From Candidatus Eiseniibacteriota bacterium (GTDB lineage Bacteria; Eisenbacteria; RBG-16-71-46; CAVPCR01), in NCBI GenBank assembly GCA_963702435.1, contig CAVPCR010000001.1, forward strand, positions 480,001-544,000: a stretch of DNA of 64,000 nucleotides, given 5' to 3'. Shown one piece after another: positions 1 to 8,570 of this stretch (position 1 is the stretch's first letter; the number at the start of each line of letters is the position of its first letter). The notes below the pieces were generated by a model. That model was given only the letters and a program-made list of their open reading frames with translations, was not told the origin of the DNA and searched no databases. The position numbers and the translations under genes were made by a program.

Positions 1-622
1 GGAAGAGGTTGGTCATGCCCCAGGTGAAGGGCTCGATATGGCCGCCCTTGTCCACCGTCTTCACATCGAGCGACATCTCGCGGGCGACGGCGGCGAAATC
101 CTCCCCCGCCGCGAGCCGCGCCTTGACGCGCTCGCCCTCCTCCGGCGTCGCGACGATGATCTGGCTCAGGTCGAAGAGCTCGGCCTGCCGGGCATGGAAG
201 GAGTCCACGTCGGCCGGCGTGAACTGGATCTTCGAGCGCACGTCGCGCTCCCGGTAGAGACTGAGGAGCACCGATTGCTCGAAGCCCTTGATCAGGGCGT
301 CGCGGGTCGAGTCGGAAGCGAAGTAGCCCTTCTCGCCCGCGGCGAGGGCGATGAGCTGGCGGTTCACGAGCGACGTCATGAACTCCTGGCGCGCCTCGAG
401 GTCGGTCCGCTTCCTGGTCGTGTCGTGCCGGGCGCGGGCGAACTCCGCCTCGAACGTGGCCCGATCGGTCGCCTTGTCGCCGATCCGGAGGACGACATCG
501 GTCGGGGCGCCGCTCGGGGCCGCTCCGGCGCCGGCGGCGGCCGCGATGGCGGCGGGCGCGGCGGCGAGGAGCAAGGAGAGGCATGCGGACCAGGACAGGA
601 CGGTGAGTTTTCGCTGGTTCAT
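1..622 (-). CDS. Parvulin-type (PpiC/PrsA/SurA-like) peptidyl-prolyl isomerase, secreted; runs off the window edge
   Basis: Translated manually from ATG 622: MNQRKLTVLSWSACLSLLLAAAPA signal peptide, then LSQIIVATPEEGERVKARLAAGEDFAAVAREMSLD..T.DKGG rotamase motif. Not in the ORF track because the stop lies outside the window. Confidence 0.85.
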   Translation of the reverse strand, partial: MNQRKLTVLSWSACLSLLLAAAPAAIAAAAGAGAAPSGAPTDVVLRIGDKATDRATFEAEFARARHDTTRKRTDLEARQEFMTSLVNRQLIALAAGEKGYFASDSTRDALIKGFEQSVLLSLYRERDVRSKIQFTPADVDSFHARQAELFDLSQIIVATPEEGERVKARLAAGEDFAAVAREMSLDVKTVDKGGHIEPFTWGMTNLF

Positions 623-654
623 CGTGTTCGCAGTGAAGGATGGGTGGGGGCCGG

Positions 655-1503
655 TCACCGGGGACTCGAGCTCGCGGCCGGCGGCTTTTCGCCGGCGCAG
701 GGCCGCATCCCGGGGCCCGAGCCGACGTCGATGCGGCCGCGCGCGGAGGGCGCGATGTCAGCAGTCGTGTTCCAGCAGTTCGCCACCTCCGGCGGGCCGT
801 AGTCCGGGTTCGTGTGGTTCGCGATGGTGAGCGAGCCGGGACTCGTCGCCGTGATCTCGAGGCGGCCGATCACGACCACCTCTCCACTCCGATAGGGAGC
901 TCCCTCCGGCACGAAGGACTCCTTCTCCGGATGGGCGATGCAGTTGAAGACGATCATGTAGGGGCGCTGCGCGCTCGCGCGGAGATCGCCCATGGCGAAC
1001 GGGACCTCGAGATCCGGACTCTGGGTGAACCCGCGCACGATCCAGTCCTCGGGCCACTGGAAGGAGAAGGCGACGCCGTTCAGGAGATCGAAGCCGGCGG
1101 CGATCACGAAGATGTCCCAGTCGCCCGGCGGCACGGCCGTCACGAGACTCGCGCAGTCGCGAGCGAGGCGGGCGATCTCGGCCGGCGTGCGCCGCTCCGC
1201 CGCCGGCGCCGCGTGGAGGAGGAGCGTGGCGTGGCGATTCAAATGGAGCGAGTCGATGCGCGCGCTCCGGCGCTCGCGGCGAAGCTTCTCATCGAGCCGG
1301 GCCTGCTCGTCGAGAGTGAGCGTCGTGTCGCGCTCGGCCCGGGGATCGGCGGCCTCCGGCGGGAGGACGTAGCTTCCCACCTTGCCGCCGGTCGCGGCCG
1401 GCAGCGCGGCTCGCGTTGAGTCGCCGGACCCGGCGGACGCCGGGTCCGGCCCCCAGACGAGGAGGAGCAGGACGAGAGACGAGACAGTGGGTGTGATTCG
1501 CAT
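655..1503 (-). CDS. Secreted hypothetical protein with a cohesin-like beta-sandwich; paralog of 1714..2328
   Basis: Signal peptide. Shares L.LHA, F..(N/A)GV..(S/A)FQ..W, FNC, VIGR and G...VG.G...C with the neighbouring gene. Confidence 0.7.
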   Translation of the reverse strand: MRITPTVSSLVLLLLVWGPDPASAGSGDSTRAALPAATGGKVGSYVLPPEAADPRAERDTTLTLDEQARLDEKLRRERRSARIDSLHLNRHATLLLHAAPAAERRTPAEIARLARDCASLVTAVPPGDWDIFVIAAGFDLLNGVAFSFQWPEDWIVRGFTQSPDLEVPFAMGDLRASAQRPYMIVFNCIAHPEKESFVPEGAPYRSGEVVVIGRLEITATSPGSLTIANHTNPDYGPPEVANCWNTTADIAPSARGRIDVGSGPGMRPCAGEKPPAASSSPR

Positions 1504-1623
1504 CGTTCGAGCCGATCAGCGCGGAACGGGAAACGGAGCGGAGGGGATTCTAGCCCGCTGAGGGACGCCTCGGCAAGGCGCTCCGGCAAGGAGCACAGCG
1601 GCTCCGGGCGCCCGGTTCCCGGC

Positions 1624-1659
1624 AAACGGGAAGGGCGGCTTCCCGGAGGAAGCCGCCCT
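1624..1659 (-). terminator. Intrinsic terminator-like hairpin
   Basis: AGGGCGGCTTCC-cgga-GGAAGCCGCCCT, a 12-bp stem downstream of the 1714 stop; weak U-tract on the minus strand. Confidence 0.65.
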
Positions 1660-1713
1660 CTCTCGCTTGATCCATCTGGCCGAGCCGGGAGTGAACCGCG
1701 GCTCCCGGACAGA

Positions 1714-2328
1714 CTAGTTGTACTGGGCCTTGATCGAGCCCCAGGTAGCCGGCTCAACCGCCACGAGCGGATTGCAGGCCGGGTTGCCGCCAGGGCCGAC
1801 GCAGACCTTACCCAGACGCGGCGCCTGGGCGATCTGGTCGATGCCCTGAGCGCAGTCGAGGACGTGGATACCGAACGGGTAGCTCGACTGGACCTGCTCG
1901 ATGCAGCCGCTCGTGGGGGAGAAGAACATGCGACCGATCACGCCGAGGGCCGGACCATTGAGGCAGTTGAAGGCCGTCGTGATCGTGCCGGCCGTCGGGC
2001 CGAAGGGCGCAACCGGAGTGACCGCATTCAGCTGGCCCGGCTGGCAGTCCCAGAGCCCGAAGATGAGGCTCCAGTTCGTCTGGAAGGCCGTCTGGACGCC
2101 CGCCACCGAGTTGTAGTTCATGACGAAGAGGAAGATCGCCACCGGCGCGCCGGGGAGGACTTCCACGTTCGGCTGGTTCGCGCGGCAGTCCACCGGCAGG
2201 TAGCCCTGGCACGGCTCGAAGCTCGAGGTCTTCGCGTGCAGAGGCAGGGTCACCTCAGGGTTCTGGCCGGCGAAAGCGGTCGTTGCGAGAAGGAGTGCCA
2301 TCAAGGCCATCACGGGCGCGTAACGCAT
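1714..2328 (-). CDS. Secreted Cys-rich cohesin-like protein with C-terminal VEPATWGSIK motif
   Basis: Strong RBS (AGGAGGT), signal peptide ending AFA, ends VAVEPATWGSIKAQYN. Confidence 0.8.
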   Translation of the reverse strand: MRYAPVMALMALLLATTAFAGQNPEVTLPLHAKTSSFEPCQGYLPVDCRANQPNVEVLPGAPVAIFLFVMNYNSVAGVQTAFQTNWSLIFGLWDCQPGQLNAVTPVAPFGPTAGTITTAFNCLNGPALGVIGRMFFSPTSGCIEQVQSSYPFGIHVLDCAQGIDQIAQAPRLGKVCVGPGGNPACNPLVAVEPATWGSIKAQYN

Positions 2329-2627
2329 TACAGTTTACCTCCTGAATCAAGAGCTGCAGGTTCCTGGCTGGTCGAGATGGGTTCCGAAGCAAAGCTGGTC
2401 GGAGGTTCCCCCCCTTCAGGTTGGAGCGTCGCTTTGGCCCCGCTCGCCCTCCCGTCCGCGGCCGGTTCGGACCTTCTGGATGAGAGAGAGACCCTATTCC
2501 GCCGCCACCCTCACCCGTCTGGTACTGGGGGCCCGCCGGAGGCGAACCCCCAGTACCCACATCTGTCTGCCTCTCCCGCCGCCGGCAACCTACCGGCACA
2601 GCGGGCGAGGAAATCACGCCGCCTCCC

Positions 2628-3251
2628 TTACGGGGCGGCGGTGAAGTGCTGCTGGAACGTGCCCAGGTCGGCCAGCGCCGTGTTCCCGTCGAAGACGGGA
2701 CCCAGGTCGCCACGATAGTCCCGGCGCACGCCGGTATTCACGAACTCCTGCTGGAAGATCCCGAGGTCGGCGAGGGCCACGCTGCCGTCGCCGTTCTCAT
2801 CCACCGAGCGCACACCACCGTCGATACCGCCCGGGTTGGTGCCGTCCGCGATGAGGGTCTTGAAGACCACGTTCTGCACGAGGACGCGGACCGAGCACGG
2901 ATCGCCGCCGCCGAAGTTCAGGGCGGTGGTCCAGGTGACGACGCCGTTGATGTTGCTGTCGCCATCCGCCTGGATCTGATCGGCCGGGCGCGTGCTGTTG
3001 GCCGTGCAGGCGCCGAAGTCGAGCTCGAGCTGGCTGGCCGGGAAGTTCGCGATCGGCGCGCCGGCGCCGTCACGGATGGTGCCCGTGAAGACGTAGCGGG
3101 AGGCCGGTGGCGCCGTGAGGTTCTTGGGGCTGCAGCCCACCAGGTTGCCCCACGTGCTCTGGTTGGGGTCCGGCTGCCCGGCAAGAACCAGCGTCGAGAG
3201 GGCGCCCAGGAGAACCGCCACTCCAAGGGCACATACGAGAAAACGCGACAT
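2628..3251 (-). CDS. Secreted protein: Ig-like N-region plus C-terminal dockerin/EF-hand-like duplicated repeat
   Basis: RBS AGGAGGT and signal peptide. DENGDGSVALADLGIFQQEF and DLGPVFDGNTALADLGTFQQHF are tandem Ca-loop/helix repeats. Confidence 0.8.
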   Translation of the reverse strand: MSRFLVCALGVAVLLGALSTLVLAGQPDPNQSTWGNLVGCSPKNLTAPPASRYVFTGTIRDGAGAPIANFPASQLELDFGACTANSTRPADQIQADGDSNINGVVTWTTALNFGGGDPCSVRVLVQNVVFKTLIADGTNPGGIDGGVRSVDENGDGSVALADLGIFQQEFVNTGVRRDYRGDLGPVFDGNTALADLGTFQQHFTAAP

Positions 3252-3380
3252 TACACACCTCCTAGGAGAATCCTTAGTTGCCGTTAGCGAAGAGCTTTCA
3301 GGAGCTTTGCCCGAGTCGGGCTACCGTGCGCCGTCGAGCACCCCCTTTCGGACACGGCGGAATCTCTGACGCCGGACAAA

Positions 3381-3410
3381 AGGTTATCACCGAAGTGCTC
3401 CACGTGTCAA
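3381..3410 (-). promoter_or_regulatory. Sigma70-like promoter, proximal, for 2628..3251
   Basis: TTGACA-N18-TAACCT with TG extended -10 on the minus strand. Confidence 0.6.
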
Positions 3411-3419
3411 TGCGCAAAT

Positions 3420-3574
3420 TCCGCAAACCCGCCGTGGTGCGAGCGGTAGCGAGGATCTGGTGGTCCGGGACGAGGGTCACGAGACCCACCGCGGCGCATG
3501 CCACCGCCAAGGAACTGGACGTGGGGACCTCCAGAAGGGACGCGGACGCGGCGCTTGCCACCTGGTTCCGCATG
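3420..3574 (-). ncRNA. Candidate rod-shaped small RNA (6S-like) or structured leader
   Basis: Starts ~7 nt after a consensus promoter. Nested pairings GCGGAACC/GGGTTTGC, GGTGGCAAGCG/CGCTCGCACC, TCTGG-A-GGTCC/GGACC-A-CCAGA and GCGGTG/CGCCGC flank an unpaired central bubble. Confidence 0.35.
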
Positions 3575-3579
3575 CACAA

Positions 3580-3608
3580 AGTGTAGCCTCCCCCGTCTCC
3601 CCTGTCAA
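3580..3608 (-). promoter_or_regulatory. Sigma70-like promoter, distal
   Basis: TTGACA-N17-TACACT on the minus strand. Confidence 0.7.
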
Positions 3609-3845
3609 CGTGGCCTCGGGCAACCGGTTGGACCCGGACCTCCCTCCGGCAGGGACGCGGTGGGCAAGCGCGCCGGGACCGACGGGCACCGGAAGCGGCG
3701 GGAAGACCGGCCCGGATCCGGGCGGCCCCTCGGAACCCCGGCGGCCGGGGGCCGTGGGGGAGGCAAGCCAGGCCAGATCCCGGGGGGCGCCGGTGCTGGA
3801 TCGGACGCGTTCCCGAGCAGGTCCGGAAGCGGCAGGTCCGGAAGA

Positions 3846-3921
3846 TGGTGGGCGAAACAGGGCTCGAACCTGTGACCTCTTGCGTGTAAAGCAAGCGCTC
3901 TGCCAGCTGAGCTATTCGCCC
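3846..3921 (-). tRNA. tRNA-Val(TAC)
   Basis: GGGCGAATAGCTCAGCTGG...CTTGC-TT-TAC-AC-GCAAG...GGTTCGAGCC...ACCA, 76 nt. Confidence 0.97.
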
Positions 3922-4262
3922 TTTGCTTCGGTCCCGGTCCCGGGCGAGAGCCCCGCGTCGGCGGCCGGCCGGCGCGGCCGGTACACGATGGCCACCGGAA
4001 CGAGGACGCAGTACCCGAGGACGAGGAGGATCGGAGCCAGGGTGATCGATCCCGCGGCCAGCGCCAGGTAGCCGGCGACGATCACCGCCAGCGCGATCGC
4101 GAAGAGGATGAGGTTCGCGCGCTCGAGCGGCAGATGATCCTGGGCCTTGCCCTCTCTCTTCCGCCGGCTCTCGCTCTGGCTCCGCTTGCGCTCGGCGCGC
4201 AGGCCCGCGCGCGACTCGGTCCGGTCGCGGCTGCGCCGGCCGGTCCGATCGCTATCCGCCAT
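3912..4262 (-). CDS. Small membrane protein, DUF3098-like
   Basis: RBS AAGGAGGG before ATG 4262. Basic N-terminus, then two TM helices (NLILFAIALAVIVAGY...SITLAPILLVLGY). The stop codon lies inside tRNA-Val. Confidence 0.75.
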   Translation of the reverse strand: MADSDRTGRRSRDRTESRAGLRAERKRSQSESRRKREGKAQDHLPLERANLILFAIALAVIVAGYLALAAGSITLAPILLVLGYCVLVPVAIVYRPRRPAADAGLSPGTGTEAKGE

Positions 4263-5187
4263 GATTCGACCCTCCTTGCTTGACCGCGGCCGATCCTCCA
4301 TTCCCGCCGGCGGCTCCCGGCCGTCCGCCCCGCCGGTAGCCGTCCGGATCCACGACCGCCTCGGCGAACCCGGCGGCGCGGACGGCGGCGCGGACGCGCG
4401 CCTCGAGGTCGACCGCGGCCGCGCTCTCGCCGCGCAGTCGCTCCATCTCCTCGACGGCGATCTCGATCCGGCCGATCTCCCCGTGATCGCGGACCCGCAC
4501 CTGTCGGAACCCGAGGGCCCGGAGCGCCGCCTCGGCCGCTTCGGCCCGCCGGAGACGAGCGATGCTTACCGGAGTCCCCACCGGAAGGCGCGAGGCGAGA
4601 CAGGCCATCTCGGGCTTGTCCCACGAGGGAAGCCCCAGATACCGGGACAGCCTCCGCACCGCCGCCTTGTCGAGCCCGGCCTCGATGAGCGGATGGCGCA
4701 CCCCGCCCTCCTCCGCCGCGCGGAGTCCCGGGCGCGTATCTCCGAGATCGTCGAGGTTCGTCCCGTCGAGAATGGCGGCGTAGCCTTCCGCGCGGCGGAT
4801 CGCTTCGAGCCGCGCGTAGAGATCCGACTTGCAGTGGTAGCAGCGATCACCCGCATTGGCCACGTACCGCGGATCGAGGTGCTCGAACGTCGCCGCCTCG
4901 CGATGCCGCGCGCCGATTCGCGCGGCGAGGGCCCGCGCGTCGGCGAGCTCGGCCGCGGCGAGGCTCGGCGAAACCCCGGTCACCGCGAGCACACGGTCCC
5001 CCTTCTCCTGGACCGCGACCGCCAGGACGAGCGTCGAATCGACGCCGCCCGAGAAGGCGACGATCATGCGCTCGAGCGGGGCCACGACCGCAGCGAGGCG
5101 CGCGCGGTCGGCGGCCGCGCTCGCGGGCGCGGTCCCCGGCGGTGCGGCGGCGGGGCCGTGAGCGGATGCGGTCGGGTGAGGATCCAT
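4252..5187 (-). CDS. larE: ATP-dependent sulfur transferase LarE (PP-loop family)
   Basis: AFSGGVDS PP-loop, DRCYHCK, DGTNLDD..D.RPG.RA, WDKP..ACLASR, QVRVRDHG. In frame with upstream mltG. Confidence 0.9.
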   Translation of the reverse strand: MDPHPTASAHGPAAAPPGTAPASAAADRARLAAVVAPLERMIVAFSGGVDSTLVLAVAVQEKGDRVLAVTGVSPSLAAAELADARALAARIGARHREAATFEHLDPRYVANAGDRCYHCKSDLYARLEAIRRAEGYAAILDGTNLDDLGDTRPGLRAAEEGGVRHPLIEAGLDKAAVRRLSRYLGLPSWDKPEMACLASRLPVGTPVSIARLRRAEAAEAALRALGFRQVRVRDHGEIGRIEIAVEEMERLRGESAAAVDLEARVRAAVRAAGFAEAVVDPDGYRRGGRPGAAGGNGGSAAVKQGGSNHGG

Positions 5188-5267
5188 GACGGGGCGAGAG
5201 TAGCAGAGCCGCCCGGCCCGCGCGCGCCCCGGCGCGCCCTCGGACCGCGCCGCCCTCCGCGCCTCAG

Positions 5268-6360
5268 TCAGCGCCGCCCTCGGACCGCGCCCTCGGACCG
5301 CGCCCTCTATCCGCACCGCCCCCGGCCGTGCCGCCCGCGGCCGCCCCCCGCCGGCGGGGCGGGCGGCGCGCACCGCCGCCACCGCGCGGGCGTGCTCGTC
5401 GAGGGTGCGCGAGAAGATGTGGGTGCCGTCGCCGCGGGCCACGAAGTAGAGCTCGCCGCCCGCGGGAGCGGCGCCGGCCGCCATCACCGCGGCGAGCGCA
5501 CCTCGTCCGGGGCTCCCGATCGCGGTCGGCGGCAATCCTGCCGTGCGGTAGGTGTTCCACGGCGAGTCCACCTCGAGGTCCTTGTAGTAGAGGCGGCGGC
5601 GGGCGCGGAGCGCGTAGGCCACGGTGGGATCGGCCTCCAGGCGCATGCCGCGCCGCAAGCGATTGAGGTACACCGCAGCTATTCGCGGTTGCTCGACGGG
5701 CACGCGGGCCTCGGCCTCGACGATCGAGGCGAGGATGACGACCTCCTCCGGCCCCGGGGCGAGCGGCGGCGGCGCGCCCGCCATCACCGCGGCGATCACC
5801 CCCTGCGCCCGTGTGACGAGGAGCGCGAGCACCTGATCGGGCGGCGCGCCCGGCGGGATGTCGTAGGTATCCGGATACAGGTATCCCTCGAGGGTGGTGC
5901 GCCCGATGCCGAAGGCGCGGGCGCGCGCCGGGTCGGCGGCCGCGGCGACGAAGGCCGCCGAGTCGATCTCGGCGCCGCGGGCGAGGACTCCGGCCGTCTC
6001 CCACAGGGTGAGCCCCTCGGGGATGGTCACCAGGTTCTGGTCGAAGGGCCCGGAGATGAGATGGCGGATGACGTCGAACGGGGTCGAGCGGGGCGCGATC
6101 GTGAAGCGCCCGGCGCGGAGCTTGTGCGCGGCGCCCATGCCGCGCCCGACCAGCTCGAAGGCCACGCGCGAGTGCACCGCCCCCGAGTCGGCGAGGATCG
6201 CGCTGATCTGGCGGAGGGTGGCTCCCTCCGGCACACGGAGCTTGACCTCGCGCGCGGGACCGGGCCCGAACGCGCGGAGGAGGAGGGCCGTGAGGAGGGC
6301 GGTCGCCACCGCCGCAGTCGCGAACGCCGCCACACTCCGCGCGCCGGGAAGCGGGCGCAC
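5268..6360 (-). CDS. mltG: Endolytic transglycosylase MltG (YceG); no in-frame stop as assembled, reads into larE
   Basis: TIPEG, LEGYLYPDTY, LASIVEAE, RL..GM.LEADPTV.Y, SPWNTY...GLPPTAIGSPG, LYFVA.GDG.H.FS. GTG start adjoins the ruvX stop. The end coordinate is the inferred ancestral stop. Confidence 0.9.
5276..5301. repeat. 13-bp tandem duplication (GCCCTCGGACCGC x2)
   Basis: Read directly; a further copy lies nearby at ~5236. Confidence 0.9.
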
Positions 6361-6362
6361 GG

Positions 6363-6983
6363 TCAGGCCTCCCCGCCGCCGTTCGCGGGCGGCGGCCCCG
6401 CCGGCGCGACCGGCCCCGGCAGCGCGCGGTCGCGGCAGGCATCCAGGAAGTCCTGCAGGATGACGGCGGCGGCGGCCCGGTCGAGACGCTCGCGGCGAAG
6501 CCGCCGCGCCGCGGCATGGCGGGCCGCGGGCACCATGCCCCGCTGGCCGCGGGCGGGGGCTATGCGGGTGGAGGCGAGCCGCGCCGTCGCCTCGGCCGTC
6601 GAACCCCACTCGTCCCACAGCCAGACCGGCATCGCGAGCCGCTCGCCGAGGACGCGGGCGAGGGCGAGGGCGAGCTCCGACCCGCGGCTCGCCTCCCCGC
6701 CCCCATGCCGCGGATCGCCGATGACGATGCCGATCGCCTCCTCCGCGCGCACGAGCTCGACCAGGCGATCCGCGAGCAGAGCGAGCGAGCCGGGATGCGC
6801 GAACTGGAGGAGCGGCGACGCGAGGAACCCGGTCGGATCGCTCACCGCGACGCCGATGCGGCGCGCTCCGAGGTCGATGCCGAGAAACCGCCGGTCGCCC
6901 GATCCGGCTCCGCCCGATCCGGTTCCGCCCGATCCGGTTCCGCCGGCGCCGCGCGCCGGGTTCGTGGGCTGCCCGCTCACCAT
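6363..6983 (-). CDS. ruvX: RuvX/YqgF family nuclease
   Basis: FLGIDLGARRIGVAVSD, IVIGDP, WDEWGST, DRAAAAVILQDFLD. The N-terminus carries GGTGS repeats. Confidence 0.93.
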   Translation of the reverse strand: MVSGQPTNPARGAGGTGSGGTGSGGAGSGDRRFLGIDLGARRIGVAVSDPTGFLASPLLQFAHPGSLALLADRLVELVRAEEAIGIVIGDPRHGGGEASRGSELALALARVLGERLAMPVWLWDEWGSTAEATARLASTRIAPARGQRGMVPAARHAAARRLRRERLDRAAAAVILQDFLDACRDRALPGPVAPAGPPPANGGGEA

Positions 6984-7024
6984 GGAGGCATCATACCGCG
7001 CACGGCGTCACCCCGCGCGCGCTG

Positions 7025-8053
7025 TCATACCGCCGCGGGCTCGGCCCCGGCCGTCGCGTCGCGCCCGGCCCGCAGCACGGCGAGGCAAGTTTCCATGTCG
7101 GGCGGCCGTTCGGCGGTGAACGCCATCTCGACGCCCGTCACCGGGTGGGTGAACGCGAGCTGCGCGGCGTGGAGCGCCTGCCGATCGATCGCGGCGAGGA
7201 GACGCCGGGCGCGGCCGCGCTCGGCGGCGGGGATGGCGACGAGGCTCGCCGGCCGCCCGCCGTAGACCGGATCCCCGACCACCGGATGGCCGAGATGCTG
7301 CATGTGCACGCGGATCTGGTGCGTGCGTCCGGTCACCAGATCGAGGAGCACGCGGCTCGCGATGCCGAACCTCTCGACCACCCGATATGTCGTGATGGCC
7401 ACCCGGCCGCTGGTGCGCGCGATCGCCATGCGGGTGCGATCGCGGCGGCTCCGCGCGATCGGCGCCTCGATGCGACCGCCGTCGTCGCGGAGCTCTCCCC
7501 ACACGATCGCCTCGTACGTGCGCCGGACCGCGCGGGCCGCGACCGCGGCCTGGAGCGCGCGATGCACGAGCGGGCTCCGCGCGACGACGAGGAGGCCGGT
7601 CGTGTCCCGATCGAGACGATGCACGAGCCCGGGCCGCGCGGGATCTCCCGGGAGCTCCCCGTAGCGCGCGCGGAGCCCGGCCGCGAGCGTCGGCCGCTGC
7701 GTGCCCGCACCCGGGTGCATGACGAGCCCGGCCGGCTTGACGAGGACGGCCAGGTGTTCGTCCTCGTAGCGCACGTCGAGCGGCATCGCGACCGGGGTGA
7801 GCGCGCTCGGCGGCGGCGGCAGGATCTCGACCACGATCTCGTCGCCCGCCGCCACGCGAAGCGAGGGCCGCGCCACCGCGACGCCCGCGCGGCGGACGAG
7901 CCCGTCCCGGAGGAGCCGGTGCGCCACGCTCCGCGAGAGAGCAGGCAGGAGCCGGGCCAGGGCGCGATCGATCCGCTCGCCGGCGAGCTCCGCGGGCACG
8001 CGGAGGACCTCGCTCCGGCCCCCCCGACCCTTGACGTCATCCGTGTCGCTCAC
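7025..8053 (-). CDS. rluD: RluA-family pseudouridine synthase with S4 domain (RluD)
   Basis: KPAGLVMHP, LVHRLDRDTTG, TGRTHQIRVH, HPVVGD.VYG, QALHA. Confidence 0.93.
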   Translation of the reverse strand: MSDTDDVKGRGGRSEVLRVPAELAGERIDRALARLLPALSRSVAHRLLRDGLVRRAGVAVARPSLRVAAGDEIVVEILPPPPSALTPVAMPLDVRYEDEHLAVLVKPAGLVMHPGAGTQRPTLAAGLRARYGELPGDPARPGLVHRLDRDTTGLLVVARSPLVHRALQAAVAARAVRRTYEAIVWGELRDDGGRIEAPIARSRRDRTRMAIARTSGRVAITTYRVVERFGIASRVLLDLVTGRTHQIRVHMQHLGHPVVGDPVYGGRPASLVAIPAAERGRARRLLAAIDRQALHAAQLAFTHPVTGVEMAFTAERPPDMETCLAVLRAGRDATAGAEPAAV

Positions 8054-8081
8054 ATCGGCACCGTCGCGTCCGGCGCGCCGT

Positions 8082-8531
8082 TCACGACGAGCGGCGGGCC
8101 ATGACGAGAAGGAGGAGGGCCACCCCGCCGGTCACCGCGATGTCGGCCACGTTGAACACGGGCCAGCGAAAGCGATCGATGCCGATCTCGATGAAGTCCA
8201 CGACGAACCCGTGGCGCACCCGATCGTGCAGATTGCCGAGGGCGCCGCCGAGGAGAGCGCCGAGGGCCGCGAGCTCGAGCCGGTGTCGCTGCGCCATGCG
8301 CATGTAGAGCATGGCGATGACGAGGATGGCGAGGAGCGAGAAGACGATGAAGGCGGTGCGGCTCCCCGGGAAGAGCCCGAACGCCGCTCCGGTGTTGTGG
8401 ACGAGCGTGAAGCGGACGAAGTCGCCGAGCACCCGGACCGGAGAACCGGGGACGAGGAGGCGCGACGCGAGCGCCTTGGTCAGGAGGTCGGCGGCGACGA
8501 TGATCACCGCGGTCAGGATGAGGACGGGCAC
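8082..8531 (-). CDS. lspA: Lipoprotein signal peptidase II
   Basis: DLLTK, NTGAAFG, GGALGNLHDR, VVDF, WPVFNVAD. Confidence 0.95.
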   Translation of the reverse strand: MPVLILTAVIIVAADLLTKALASRLLVPGSPVRVLGDFVRFTLVHNTGAAFGLFPGSRTAFIVFSLLAILVIAMLYMRMAQRHRLELAALGALLGGALGNLHDRVRHGFVVDFIEIGIDRFRWPVFNVADIAVTGGVALLLLVMARRSS

Positions 8532-8570
8532 GGGAGGATCGATCCGGGCCGGTGCGCGGTCGCCCGCGGG

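Noticed and set aside
3252..3375. c-di-GMP riboswitch in the leader (GAAA loop, GCAAAGC)
   Set aside because: Motif order and pairing do not match the class I or II consensus by eye; would need an Rfam scan.
4147..7119. Long plus-strand ORFs here and at 11280, 32510, 40363, 44611, 55809 and 61007
   Set aside because: Antisense shadows of well-supported minus-strand genes; Arg/Gly/Pro-rich with no motifs, as expected at this GC content.
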